DNA of 64,000 bases from Lepidodermella squamata (GCA_047495785.1 JBLDXI010000020.1:496001-560000), one strand, 5' to 3'. Counted from the stretch's first letter, positions 1-13,960 are shown. Program-made: numbers and translations. Notes: generated from the letters alone by a model not told the origin.

Positions 1-19
1 TCAGAGATTTATATCAAAG

Positions 20-594
20 CTAAATTTTTTCAGTTTCGTCATCCAATAGCAAAAAGTTGTTTGAAAGCCAAGCCTTGCTGCTGTTACTCAATAACAAGGC
101 TGGGGGCAAATGTTTTGAGCGCGCAAGCCGAAAAGGTTGCCGGTGGTCGAAAGGCTTGCCGATGACAAAGTCGTCGTCGCCAAGAGGCGAGTACGCGTCG
201 CCATCGCTGTAGTCGTCTTCAGGTACGTTTGTAGTTGTTGTCATCAAAGCCGCGGCATTAGTCTTCGGCGCCAGTGTCGGAGCTGTTATAAGCATCTCAG
301 CGTCCGGAACAGGCCGAACAAATACTGAGTTGACGATAGCGTCGTCGGCCTGGAGCGGCTCTTCGGTCGGCGCAGGTTTGCGCGGCGCCGACAAGGCCGC
401 AGTGCCAGTGTGCAGGGCGCCGATGGCCGGGCGCTGCTCTTCGATTTTTCGCGACGAAAATGGCAGCGATTCGATAACTGCAGGAGGTCTATTGCCGTAG
501 TTGCTTGGTGGTGCTGGTTGGCTGACGAAATTCGCCTGTGTCCGAGTTAGCGTTTGGCTAGCCGGCGACGGCGGCGGCGCCCTGAAATCTGCGG
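20..594 (-). CDS. Probable alternative terminal exon of the collagen gene (Pro/Thr/Ala-rich, no hydrophobic tail)
   Basis: 194-codon ORF without an upstream ATG. CAG acceptors at 595-597 and 589-591 both give phase 1, matching the collagen donor at 2282. Composition resembles the 855-1492 exon. Confidence 0.5.
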
Positions 595-854
595 CTGCCA
601 CCACAAAAATCGAATCGCATTTTTAGTATGAAAATAGCATAAAGAACCAATATTTGCAAAAGCGCGTAAAAAGGAAGACGGCGAAAATACTCGCTGTTAT
701 TATTGCGAAGATAAGCGTATAAGCACGCAAGAGTTATGTTTTTACAACATCGGCTACAACACATCGTTGATAGTATTTTCCGCGCTTGTAAAACAACACA
801 AAATATTTGGAGCTAAAATGAGCAGATATTCATAGCGGCGAATAAAGGCTATAG

Positions 855-3800
855 TCATCTCATGAGATATGCTAGCGACACAAGCAAGTAAGAGACTAGC
901 GTCGAGCTAGCCGTGCTAGCTGTGATGCGCTGCTGTTGCTTCGCAGCCGGCGGGCGTTGGGTCGCAACTGCCACCGGCGCCTCGGTGGGTTCAGGACTCG
1001 GACTCGCTGAAACCTCGACGTCGTACGCTTCGCCTGTGGTGCTCGAGGGAAAGAAAGGTGCGTCTGACGAGACAAGGTTTAAAGGGGTGGTGGTGCTTGT
1101 GCCGAAGTAGTAGAATGTCATCTCCGTCGTCTGCTGTAGGCTGCTCTTCATGGGGGTCACCGGTTTCTCGGGTTGCCACGTCGGTTCTTCGATAATGACG
1201 CCGGTTTCGGGCGCTTCGGTTGCCTCTCCATCGTCGTTGTCGTTTTCGTCGTTGTCATTAGTTTCATCGTCGCCATCGACGTTATCCGGCGCATCCTCGG
1301 CGTTCTTGAACCAGTAGGTCGACGCCGTACCCGCAGCCCCACCGTTATTGCCGGTCGTGTAAGCCATCTTGTCTAGCTGTGCCGATTTTTTAGTGGTAAC
1401 AACAGAGGATTGTGGAAACGACAAGAACAAGGTTTTAGTGCCAACAGTTGTTGTTGCTGGCTGATAATCGCCACTTTTGCCTTGGAACAACCCTGTCATT
1501 AGGCAATAATGAAGGTAAGACACATAAAATACCACCATTGGGAAAGGCTGAAAGTAATAATAATGCTAGTGCGCGTATTTTTCCAATTTGAAATAACCGC
1601 ATGTTTGATACTTATCCGATGAGAATAAAAAATTCAAAAATTCAATCACTTTGCAAATAACATTGAAAGCAGATATACGACGAAGCCAAAGCAATAACTA
1701 AAGTGACAATAATATGGCTATTGCAGTGAAAGCGAAAGCGAGACCGAATAGATAATAAATGGACGAATTTATTCTACGGACAAATCACAATTCATAAAAA
1801 GTTTTAGTGATTTGGAGACATGTTTGGCTCATCCTTTGGTGATATCGGATGAAAAGCGAATGAGCAGCGAAAATAAAATTGAAGAATGCAAAAAATAGCT
1901 AAGCGTAAAGATTGATTACCTATATGAATGCGAGCAACAGTACAGCTAAACTGACAATAGCAACAAACGACAGAAGTTTCATGAAGTTGGAAATCGAAGT
2001 TTCAGCAGGAAAAAGCCGAACAAGGCGTAGAATTAAGCCAGAATTTTAATGTTACCCTTGCAAGCAGCAGAGCTAATCTAATATCATCTATAACACACGG
2101 CTAATGCTAGGTTGCGATTTCAAACAAAACGTTAACAGTCCAAACACATCACTCAATACGACTAAGGTAAAATTGCTATTAGACATGCAGTTATTGTGAA
2201 ATTAAAAGATATTCGCGCAGAAATCCGAGTTATTCATTTCGAGCATGCCGCATTTTTTTTTGAATAAAAGTTAAATTATACCTGCACATTTGTCGCAAGT
2301 CTCGGGTGTGAGCTCTCCCCGATCTCCCTTGTCGCCTTTGACCGAAGAACCTGGTAAATTGAGAACAAAAAATGTAGCGACTTGAAGCCAAAAACTAAAA
2401 ATGACAACAAAAAATGAAACTCATGAAGGTATTCAGATAATTAAAACAAAGTTACGCCAACAGAAGCACGGTAAATTTTATTTCTGCTTACCTCTGTCAC
2501 CTTTAGATTTCAACATTTTCCATCAATGGCGGAGTGGTGACGAGTTTGGAAAAAAAACAAGAAAATGGGTATTAGTTGGATGTTTAATTTGCAAAACAAT
2601 AAAGATGTAAGGAAAACAAACCGCTCAAAAAGGAGCAAATAAAAATATCGCCGCGGTTGAAAATCAAATCACACAGAATCGCATAGTACATGAAAAAGGC
2701 GGTCAAAAGGCCGACCAAATCCATTGACACTGCAATACTAAAACTCAACCAAAACCGCGCATTTTCAGAAATTTGTAGGTAAATTGAGTAAAATAATGTA
2801 TAATGGCTAGTTATAACTAATGTCTTCAGCGTTGCTGGTGGGTGGACCAGCGAATGATCTACGCATGATTTGTATCTGCCGAATACGGGGTAATTTAACA
2901 CGGAAATCAGTCATTTAGCAGACGGTATCGGCAATAGACGCTCAGGCAGACGAATCGCTTATTTCGCCTAACAACAGATAGGCGATCGCTTGTATAGCTT
3001 TGCTACAGTGGAATCGATACGCTTATCATTAATCATGGTATAAGCAAGAAACCAAAATCAGCGTGCATTCGAACTACAGTACCAAGTATGTTATTGAAAA
3101 ATGAGGACTACAATCTAGCGGTTTTAGGATGTCTAATAAAACTACAGGTTGTGCCAGATAGAATCAAAAGTAAGTAGTAGTTTGAACTGAAGTGAAACTA
3201 GACGAAATGTTCTGTGAGTTTTGCTGTAGCCAACCTTTTTCGCCTGCAATAACAGATAAAATGAAAGCACATGTTAAGCCAATGAAAATTTGATTAACAT
3301 TTAAGTATAGACGTCAGTGAAACAATCACAAGAGGAGTGCGAGTTACAACAAATTCTCAAGACAAGTTCTAAGCCTGGAGACCTTTGTAGCCGAGGAAGC
3401 CAACCATGCCACGCTCGCCTCGATCACCTGTTAACGGTCGTCGGTTGAATTATTACCAAAATTGTTATTGCAATAGGTAAAAGCATGCCTTTCTCTCCTT
3501 TCTCGCCCCGATCGCCTTTCTCGCCTAAAATGTTAGTATTAAGAGGAACACAAATTACATGCGATTGTTGTTAGTTTTTGGGCACTATCTCACACTAATA
3601 TCAGTTTAGGCAAGACCAAACTTACATTGGCAATCAGCAAGTCCACCAGTTCCTTTGTCGCCTTTCTCGCCTTTTTCACCCATAGGTCCCAATTTCCCTC
3701 GTCGTCCTCGTTCGCCTGGAGGGCCAGGCTCTCCTTTAGGTCCTGAATCGCCTGAAAAAGATATAAATGTTTCCCAATTTAACAATTTCGCATAACTTTG

Positions 3801-5354
3801 GGATGACTAAATTGTATTATTTATAACCTAAATTCAAATAAATTGTTAGTCATGCTGATGTTTTCACACTGTTATTATTGAAGTTCAACCCATGCTTATA
3901 TCATCGAAAAACCAACCCCGATCACCCTTTGGACCGAACACACCAACGAGAGAGCCTTTATAACCCTTCTCTCCTTTGTCGCCTTTAACACCTACAAATT
4001 GATTTACCAAATAATCGTAGTTGATGCCATGATAATTCGGAAAATCTGATCTGTTTACCTTGGATGCCTTGAAGACCCCGGTTGCCTGACGGTCCAATGG
4101 GACCCAGATCTCCTTTTTCACCCTTCAGACCGGGTAAACCAGGCGGTCCTGGAACCCCAGGAGGTCCAGGTGGTCCCGGCACTACTTCTCGAGTCTCTTC
4201 GGTAAGGAAAGGTCGGCCGGTGAGGTTTGCAGCTCCTGGAAAGAGTATTGTAAAAAGGTTTCGAAAAAGTGGAGGCCATACCTTGTTCTCCCTTGTCTCC
4301 ACGAGGACCCGGAGGTCCAGGCGGCCCCGGTGGACCCGGTTCACCGCGTTCTCCTCGCAGACCCTGTGAAGCTGTGCTCGAGCAGTATGAGTCCATTTTT
4401 TTACAATACTCTTGCAAGGCAAACATCTGAAATTAGAATGTATTAGACAATTTCCACATAAGGTACTAATGAAAAATAATCTATGGAAATAGTAATTAAG
4501 TGACATACCGGTACTCTGGAATAAGGCGTGAGATAGGCCCATGAAGGATCATTTCCGAAAGCATCGACAGAGCCGCTCCTCAGGGCTTCATTGTTATTAC
4601 CGTCCTCTGAATTAGCTTTGAAACTGCTGTCATATTCGGTGCCTGATCGAAGGCTGGATCCTCCGCCGAAAAACGGCTTACTACTCCGCTCAGCCAAGCG
4701 GATATTTTGGTCCTTGAAATCGTCCCGTACCCGCCGTCGGCCGGAAACGAAAGAATGCTTATTGGATGACCCTCCGCTTCGTTTAATAGCTGGAGGCGCA
4801 CTTGGAGCACGATCGCGAAGCATCATTCGATCGTGGAGGTCGAAAGCGCTAACACCGTCGTCGTTACTCGCAAGCTCCTCCACGTTAATGTCGGAAAGAT
4901 CAGATAAATCTAGTTTGTCCAGCATGGACCTGGTCGTGGGGGCTTGTGTCTGGTGGGTTGTTAACGTTGCGGCTGTCAGCGGTTGCCGCGTTGGTTCATA
5001 CCCTTGGTCGAGGTCGATAGAAGTACGGAGATGCAACAGCTCCGCCCGGAGCGATCTGATTTCTGCATGTAAATGGCTTGCGAAAATTGAAAGGGAGACA
5101 ATAGCACCGAGCAAAATGGCGAAACCTGCCGCTGTGAGAAAAGTCGTGCGGCATAGTGACGAGCAAAGTTCGAGACAGCGGCTTTTTTCCGGCGCGTCCT
5201 TGACAGGACTGGTTTGCGTACGATTGGGGCCGAACCAACCGCGCCGTGTTGTCACTAGCAGTGGCGTCGGTTGATTGCTGTTGTCATCAGTCATTGCCGA
5301 ATCGGCTGATGAGTCCTTGCGAGACCAAGATGGCAGCCGGTTGTTCGGCTCCAT
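855..5354 (-). CDS. Type II transmembrane collagen (MACIT/colmedin-like) with interrupted Gly-X-Y domain and mucin-like C-terminal stalk
   Basis: Exon 5354-4509 encodes a cytosolic N-terminus, Cys cluster, TM ([21 protein letters not shown]), short coiled coil, furin-type RRRVR and [11 protein letters not shown]. Gly-X-Y exons follow at 4426-4281, 4235-4059, 3991-3917, 3751-3626, 3524-3489, 3427-3383, 3243-3235, 2500-2492 and 2350-2282, joined in phase 1. The Thr/Pro/acidic terminal exon runs from about 1492 to 855; its exact acceptor is uncertain. Confidence 0.8.
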
Positions 5355-8300
5355 CGCCGAATTATCATGCTGCTGAGTTTTCTTCTTCGCAGCGCCTACC
5401 AGCAGCGTGAACGCGTCGTTCGAATCTTTTTGGGGCTCCGCAATTTTTCAGATATTCAGATAAAAATCACAGCTAAACCAAACAAGGAAAAATCACTATA
5501 CGCAAAAACAACAAGTACATGAGTTGGGAAAAACAAGCCTGGGGACTTGATTAGTTGATTGCTGGAAAGAAGTCGCTGCCAGTGTTTATTCGCAAGTGTG
5601 GAGAAGTAAACACGTGGTTGGTAATTGGCGACGCGGTATGTTGCGCGCGCGCAAAAAATACACCGATGCGCGGTGCGGAAAAAACGCGCCAACCGGCGCA
5701 ATTTCATACCGCGCATCTCGTAAAGCCGTTGCCGCCTATAATGGGCATGAAAAGACAACAAACAATTGTTGGCCAAGACTCGAATGGCTGCGAAAGAATA
5801 ATAAACACTCTTCACGCGTTTCTGTGCAGGCGCCACGTGTCGGGCGTCCGGCTGCTAATATGCGCAATTTTACGTCATCGAACAGTGAAGCGATCGGTTA
5901 TATACTATCAATACATCCTAACAGGTAATCAAATTCGTCAATGTTGCTATTATTTTACCATCGCGCTCACGGCGGGCGTTACTATCGGTACTGGCGCCGC
6001 TGCGGCGCTGAGCAATTACCCGCGCAACCAGCGCCGTGTCGGGGCAGAAAATACAACAATAAACCGAGATCTTACAAGAACAAATTGCTTCAGTTGTTAT
6101 CACCCGGCGACGCACGCCCGGCATATTAGCCGCTAACATTATTTACGGCAGCGCACGTGTGTTGGCGCCGTTTCCAATAACGAAAGTATTAATTCGCTCT
6201 CGCCGTGGAAGTGTGAAACCCACCAACCTATTATAAGAATATGAGTGGCGCCATTACTTTTTCAGCCTTCTCGACTTTATAATATTGACGCAGGTGCCAA
6301 GATATCAACACTGACGCGTCGACATCCACAACGTAAAGCGGAACTGCGTTCGCTCGGCCTGCCTTGCGGCATTTGCCGGCGCCGCCATCGGCGCAACTAC
6401 GCGCACACGCTCAATCACGGCCACGCGCATTTGCCTCGCTTAACTTCAAGCATCGCTGCCACCACGCCAATAAGACCAGCAATGCTGGCTCAGAATCATT
6501 AACGCGAAAAAAGCGGATTCTAAAAGGCGGTGTCTAACCGCGTCTATTTAATTATAGACAGCGGTGATATTAAACTCATTTTTGGGCCACTTGAACTGGA
6601 GTTCAACCTAAAAAAAAGGAGTTGTCGATTCGTTTTGGAGCCGGATATGATCTTGCTGTAATAAAACTTTGGGAGGCGACACTTGAGTGCGAGGTAATCG
6701 AACTGGACAGTGTTTTAGCGCGCCGCAAAAAACTGCCAGGCCGCGTGTCACTGATGCTTGAATAATCGTATTGACGTGAGTGAATTTGTGCGTATTATAG
6801 TCAAGTTTCAAGAACGAACTACATATAAATTGGATCGTGAAATGAGAACCCCAATGTCCAGATTCAGCATCAGTTATAATAATCAGTGCAGCCGCGTTGT
6901 AAAAATAACAACGCCGGCCGCGAACAAAGCCAGCGCTGTCTGGACAAAAATGTGTGTTCATAGCTTGAAATGGCAATCACGAGAAAACAATCGGCGCATA
7001 GATCACCGATAAAAATAATGTTTTTGTGAAAGAAGCGTCTAATGCCGTTTCAGGCGGAAGAAAATGCGTTTGAGTTGTTTCTTTAATTTAGTTGACACTG
7101 CGCGCCACAGCGCCTCGCCATCCGACTTCACTATAAGGCGCGGGCCAAGTGAAGTGAAAATTAGTTTCAAAGCCGCGATATCGATAAAATGGGCACCGCA
7201 GCACCTATGCGCGCGCGCGGTCTATTGGGCCGAAGGTTCGTGGCATCGATATCGTTTGATAATAACAATAATAGTATTAATAATAGTAATAGAAAGTATT
7301 CTTATTAGAACAAGCTTACTCGATGACCATTTCGATTTGTTTCGATAGCCAGCTCATGACTAGAACAATGTGCACTTGTTTGTATTATTTGCCTAATAAC
7401 ATTTTTGTATACCTACCTTTCGCCGCCAAGCCAGTCATTGTAATCCGTAGTGTGACAGGCATACAAATCTAGATATATTTTAGAAAAACTTTGGGGGTGA
7501 ACGCGATTTTGCGCAGTCGATTTTCGCTTTGGGCGAACAAATTGAAAAACAAACATAGCGGCCGAAAAGGCACTAATCGCGCTATATAGCTTGCAAAATT
7601 TGAGGACACGGTGTGTTTGCCGTCTACGAACGGGCCAAGATGTGCGCGTGCCTCTCCTAAATGCGGACGGATGCTCAGCGTCGTCTTTTTACATGGCTCC
7701 ATTTTTGTAAGAGCTTCCTGTGGTCATTATGCCGGTAAATCACGGTACATAAATTTCGATTTTTGGCGGCTACGTCGCAAATTGATGAGCCTTATTTTGC
7801 CACCAAATTGAAATATACCTACCTACTAGCGACACGACGAAGAAAATTAGGTGCGGTCACCTAGAGGCTTCCAGAAGCTTAGGCCGAGGAAATTCTGGTG
7901 GTTATCAGGGAAAAATATCGCTATTATAGTAGGATAAAACAAAATTCTCAGAATGAAACGTAATAAACGTAATAGCCAAGATAATTGAATGGTGATCTAT
8001 CGGTCGAGTGGGAATTCGGCTAATTTCCGCATCGCGATCAATGGCGATTCCCGGCCCCTACGGAACACCGACCGCTGGCTATTGTCGAAGAATCGCTGGC
8101 GCCGCAAACATATGCACCTAGCGACGCAGTGAATAAACAAAAAACGCTAATCTGACTGATTGCTTTCGAGCTATAGTTTTTGCATGTCCAGGTGATGATA
8201 CACGTCGCTGACGTACCGCATCATTATCGATATTTGTTGACTCTATACAACGACCGAGCAGAGTTTTCCGATAATTAAGTTTAGTGGATATCCCAGAAGA

Positions 8301-9368
8301 AAAACAGCCATCTGTAATCGGTGTACCCAGGAGCCCTAAAATAATCAGTAAACAACAACTTGACGAGATGAACAGTTTCGCGCTTTTATTCATACTACAA
8401 CTCGTTTTCAGCATCATTAATACAAACTTTAATATGAATATTATAAGCAATAATAATTGATCAGAACATAGAATTTCATGTAATGATAGTAACGACATAA
8501 ATATTTTTTCATTATTCTACATCATCATAGTCAATAGAATCACGATTTGATAACTTTCGCGTATTTAAAGTCGAATATATCGCGAATTTCAACAGACAAC
8601 AACAGCAAGTGTAGAAGACCATCTTTCATGCGGGTTAAGTTGCCAGCATCTTTGTTCTTTAGCAATGATGATTCCAATAAATTGTTTGAGATGCTAGCAA
8701 GTATTTTGAAAGAGCTTCTCATTTCACGTTGGTGATGCAAGTGCAAATAAACTTTCGATGCGGTATCATACATATATGGGAGGGGCGGGGATCATGCACG
8801 AATCATAAAGCACAAATATATGTACACAATAAATATTCGTATTCATCTTCTTCATAAACAGGGTAGTTTATATATTACTTCGAGCAGGAATCATGCATTA
8901 TTCGACAGCTGGGTGTAAGTTTTATCGAATCCTCAATGCTTCGCTATTGGTCTACAATTGAAGTTGCACGATTCAGAGTTATTACTTTTGAAAAGTTTGA
9001 AAGAAAACGAAACTTTTATTTAAATTATGGCTCGTCCATTGCCAGAGGTATCAATCAAGTAATTCACAAGTTATTGATATCCTCATCTCTTTGATACCAC
9101 ATCGCGGTGAGTGCAGTCTAAAAATGCAGGACTCGGCAAGTCTTGTCGTCGTTTTACAATATAAGCGAACTCATGGGTCATTATAATATCGTTAAGCAAA
9201 TAATAAATACATGCGACGCAGCAGCCAAAAGGAAGAATAGCCGTATAAAAAATTGGCGCCGGCAAATCGAATTAAGGGTACCAACTTTGCTATATATGAA
9301 ATATAGTAGCGTGACGTATTTGTTTCGTCGAGAAGATCACAGATAAGTCCGTGTGACGACGCGCGAGT

Positions 9369-10878
9369 TCATTGCCACATGGAGCTGCTTGGCGGCGGCG
9401 GCGGCGGCGGCCAATCTCGGACGAAGAGCTGGGGCGTTTGGCTGGACAGCGGTGGGATGGCGATGGACGAGGTCGGGGGTTGAACCCCCGCCGCGCTCCA
9501 ACCGACGATTCCAGGCATGAATTCGTCGTCTTGTTCGTCGGGTTCGCCGTGGTCCCACTGGCCGAGATCGGACTGGTTCGCCGAGGCGTGACCGGGGCGC
9601 GACGAAAGACCGGCGACTGATGATGCGTTGGCACTGCGATGCACATCGTCGAGCGAGCGCGACCGCAACAATGGCGCTAGCGGGATCAGCGAGTCGGCCT
9701 CGCTGCTGCGGGTGGGCGACGAACCGGGCGTGATCGAGCGTGACTGAGATGAAATTGAACAGCTGTGGCGGAACAAGTGGTGACTGCCGTTGCCGTGAGC
9801 GGTCGAAGAAATCGGCAGACCTGTGGAAACGTTGAAGAGATTGCTGTCGTTGCGGATGGCTGAGACACAGGAAGCCGGGAAGTGGTACGGTTTTTGCCGC
9901 GCTTGCAGGTGGTGTCGGCAATAAAAGAGATGCCGTCGGGTCGAAGGACCCGCCGCAGCGGTGGATGAAGCGCGTGGCCGCCGGCTGTTCGAGATCTGAT
10001 GGCGATGTTGGTGATTAACATGGGAAGAATAGCCAGAATGCCTCAGCAAATGAGAAGATGGATCTGCGGAAAAAAATCAATTATTTGAGCAAGTGTATTA
10101 TTTTTCGAAAATTAAAGACTCAAGATTGCGGCTAAAAAATCCTTCGCTTGAATTTAATGTAAAAATTACCTGAGCTTTTTGAGTTTGAAACCAAAGTTGA
10201 AGTCGATGTAACTGGAAGAAGAAAGAAACTACTGTCGTTGCCGAGACCACTATCGACAGTTTCCGTCTCCAGCTGGTACGAATCGAGCGAACCAGGTACC
10301 GAGTTCGATAGAGGATTTCGCCTCTGCTGAGGAACATAGCCATTGTTTGATATTAATGGCTGATTTATGACATTCGATGCCGTTTGTGATAGTGGCGACG
10401 AAGTAATGCCGCCCAAGTGGCTCAGCTGAGGCACCTGCGGAGGCCGAAGGCTAGAAACTGGCGACGAGATCGGAGGCTCGCAAGATCTTCTTTGAGCTAA
10501 AGCTTGTTGGAATCGTCTTTCGGGAAGCCGAGATGGAGTAGCAACGGTTGCCGTTGGCACTGCCCCGGATATTAAACCCAAGCCCGAACTCATTCGGACT
10601 TGGTTGAGATCTGCCGAGTTCACGCTGAGAGACCGTTTGCTCCAGCTCAGCTGCTCGAGCTCGTGAAGGGCGACTGCGATTGTATCGAGGCTCAACGCGT
10701 CGTTTTGCCGAGAAATCGCCGGCATAGTGGGTTGAGATTGGGGAAGTCTAGCCCAAAACGGCTGTTGGACCTGATTGGTAACTGGCGTAGAAGTCGCCGT
10801 CATTTCCGTTAAGGAGGACGGCGCTGACATAATAGTCGCCAACTGAGGCGGGTTGAGGTGGTTAAAACCGGACTGCAT
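9369..10878 (-). CDS. Uncharacterised Ser/Pro-rich, probably disordered protein (at least 2 exons)
   Basis: Exons 10878-10170 and 10063-9369 join in frame across a GT-AG intron (G|gtaatt ... cag|AT). The frame stays open upstream to a TAG acceptor at 10937-10939. AATAAA lies near 9014-9019. No recognisable domain. Confidence 0.65.
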
Positions 10879-12280
10879 AACGACGGCTGGTCTATAACGT
10901 TGAGATCTGGCAAGATCTGGCAGCCGAGCATGAGTCCTAATAACGAAAACAAAATCGGCATTGCAATAACAAATAATAATAGTAATAGTAACGAATGTGG
11001 ATGAGTGAGCACGGATGAAGACATCGCTCTGAGGTGATAAAATACGGGCAATTAGCGGAAATGCAAAATGAATGATATAAAAACATGAACTGAATCCTGC
11101 CGAAGAGTATAACGAGGTCAGCGCTACTAAAAATCGACGTAAACATAAATCGCTTCGAACACCAAGCCGAGGCTTTCATAACGCAGCGATGTTCAGCCCA
11201 AATGAGCCGTAATAGCCGCGTTAGACTCAACAGAGCAACGCATTCGTGCTGTTGCGGCGGAAAACGATACGCACTACGAGAGGGAAACCGGCATTTTCTG
11301 GGGATGATGTTGTTTCGTTGGGCGGATATCGTGTACCGACAAATGCATAACAAACAAACCGCGCAGATCGGAGCCCAACAAACAAACGATCGAGGTTCAA
11401 GTAAGAAGCCGTTTATTATTATTAATATTAGCGATCAGTACGCGAATTGAAAGCAGCGGGCGGCCAATTAGAAAACTTAGGATCGATACTACGCTATGAT
11501 TAGGGCGCGCAAAAAATAGGCACACCGATCTCCGTTAATTCAAATTATTAAAAGTTTCAGCATGAGACTACGCGCGACTCACACCGCGAAAACGTGAGCA
11601 CTGCTTTTTATTACGCTTATTATCCCACGAAGCGAATACGACATAAAATATGGGATTACAACGCCGCGAAGCAAGATGAAGGCAACAAGAAAATTTAATA
11701 AAGATCTGAAAACATGGGCATATATACTTGGAAGCGCCATCACACATATTGGCATCGCTATACCATTCGCAATAACTGACTCTTTATCCCAGTACTAAAA
11801 CAGCTATGAGCTTCGGCCAATACTCAATACAGCGAACCATTAAAAGCAGTAGTTGTTATATCTACGCGGAGTTGTGGAATTATTCACTACAGCGAAAATC
11901 ATGCGTTGAATTCTATCGGCGATGATGAGAATGGCATAAAATCGATATTTATGCTAATTTTCCCCCAAAATTGTTACTGGACAGTCATAACTAAATATGC
12001 ACAATTAACTTGAATGACACCATGCGATTTCATATTATATGGTAGCCGACACAGACTAACAAAATCGCAGTTAAAGCGTGAATAAATATATTTACCTATT
12101 ATCATCTTCCAGTCGCAAATACGTCGTAGATTGTCGGTCAATTCATCATAAAATTCCTATAACAAACAGTATTTACTATCATCATCGTATACAATCCGAG
12201 CTGAAAGGATGACTAAAAAATCGAGAGAAAGAAAATGAGAACGAAGTGCATCGCAAGTAAAAATCGCCGGTATCAAATCA

Positions 12281-12995
12281 CTAGGATGTATCCGAGTCCA
12301 AGTCGATCACATCAGCAGGTTCTGATTTCTGAGCAAGGCGGTTATTGCCAGTTGTCGCCAATTCAGGGTAGATATGGCTCGCTAGAACCTTGTGCGGCAC
12401 AAATTCTATGGATGGAATTTGTCAACGTAAGGTATGCATGGTGTCATAAGGCAACGTGTAACTGTACCTTTTAAAAAGTCCAAGCGATCATTGGTGTGCA
12501 CAATATCGGCAAGGTGATCGTAATTAACAACAAGAACGTGTTCGCTAGAGCCATTCTGTTGAGCACCATTCAATCCATTAGCCAGAGCTTCCTCTGCCAT
12601 TCGATAAGCAATATCACTGATAAACAGCTCCTGTCGCGAGATGTTAAAACGATCGCTACTCAAATCTTTAACAAACGTACAGTAGCTTTCGCGACAATGA
12701 AAGTTGCATCCTGCGTGATATTTTGCACTGAAGCCTGAGTTTTCATTAAAGTGCGCATACGGTGAAATGAGAACGCGCTAGTGTCCGCTTCTTTCTTGGA
12801 GGCCCCTTTCTCGGCTACATTTCCACCACTTGCAGAAGTATTCCAACTTTTAGCCTTGCTCTTCTTAGGTTTTGCCTGGCCGTGTTTGTTTTCACTAGGA
12901 ACAGGTTTCTTTGCTTTGCTACCATGCGCAACAGTTGCTGTCTCCTTGGCAATAATTCCATCAGACTTAGCTGAAAATCCTAGATCGTCGTCCAT
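12281..12995 (-). CDS. CHRAC1: Chromatin accessibility complex protein 1 (CHRAC15-type H2A-like histone fold)
   Basis: Exons 12995-12681, 12630-12468, 12405-12281. Sequence RMRTLMK..ITQDATFIVAKATELFI..VNYDHLA..LDFLKEFVPHKVLAS matches the CHRAC1/POLE4 fold; the PHKVLAS tail favours CHRAC1. Confidence 0.8.
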
Positions 12996-13165
12996 CAAGT
13001 ACTGTTTTTTTTAAAAACCTACACGTATCATAGAAATAATAAAAATAATGAAAGGCCAAAAATGCCAATTCGGCAGATAGAATCTTTTTACTCTCGTCTC
13101 TCACAAAGTGCCAGCAAATCACACATCAGCTTCAAAGAATGTAATTCCAAGGCGTGACGAAAGGA

Positions 13166-13960
<795 letters not shown>

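Noticed and set aside
849-857. TGA-CTA stop-codon readthrough context at the end of the collagen exon
   Set aside because: The next codon but one is TAG, so readthrough would add only two residues.
5355-5447. 31 open codons upstream of the collagen ATG (possible non-AUG extension)
   Set aside because: No ATG or clear acceptor, and the length is compatible with chance.
7848-8120. TAGGTGC...GCACCTA inverted ends suggesting a small MITE
   Set aside because: Only a 7-bp match, too short to support.
5456-8800. Many 60-190 aa ORFs upstream of the collagen gene
   Set aside because: No domain similarity or splice path; consistent with CpG-rich regulatory DNA.
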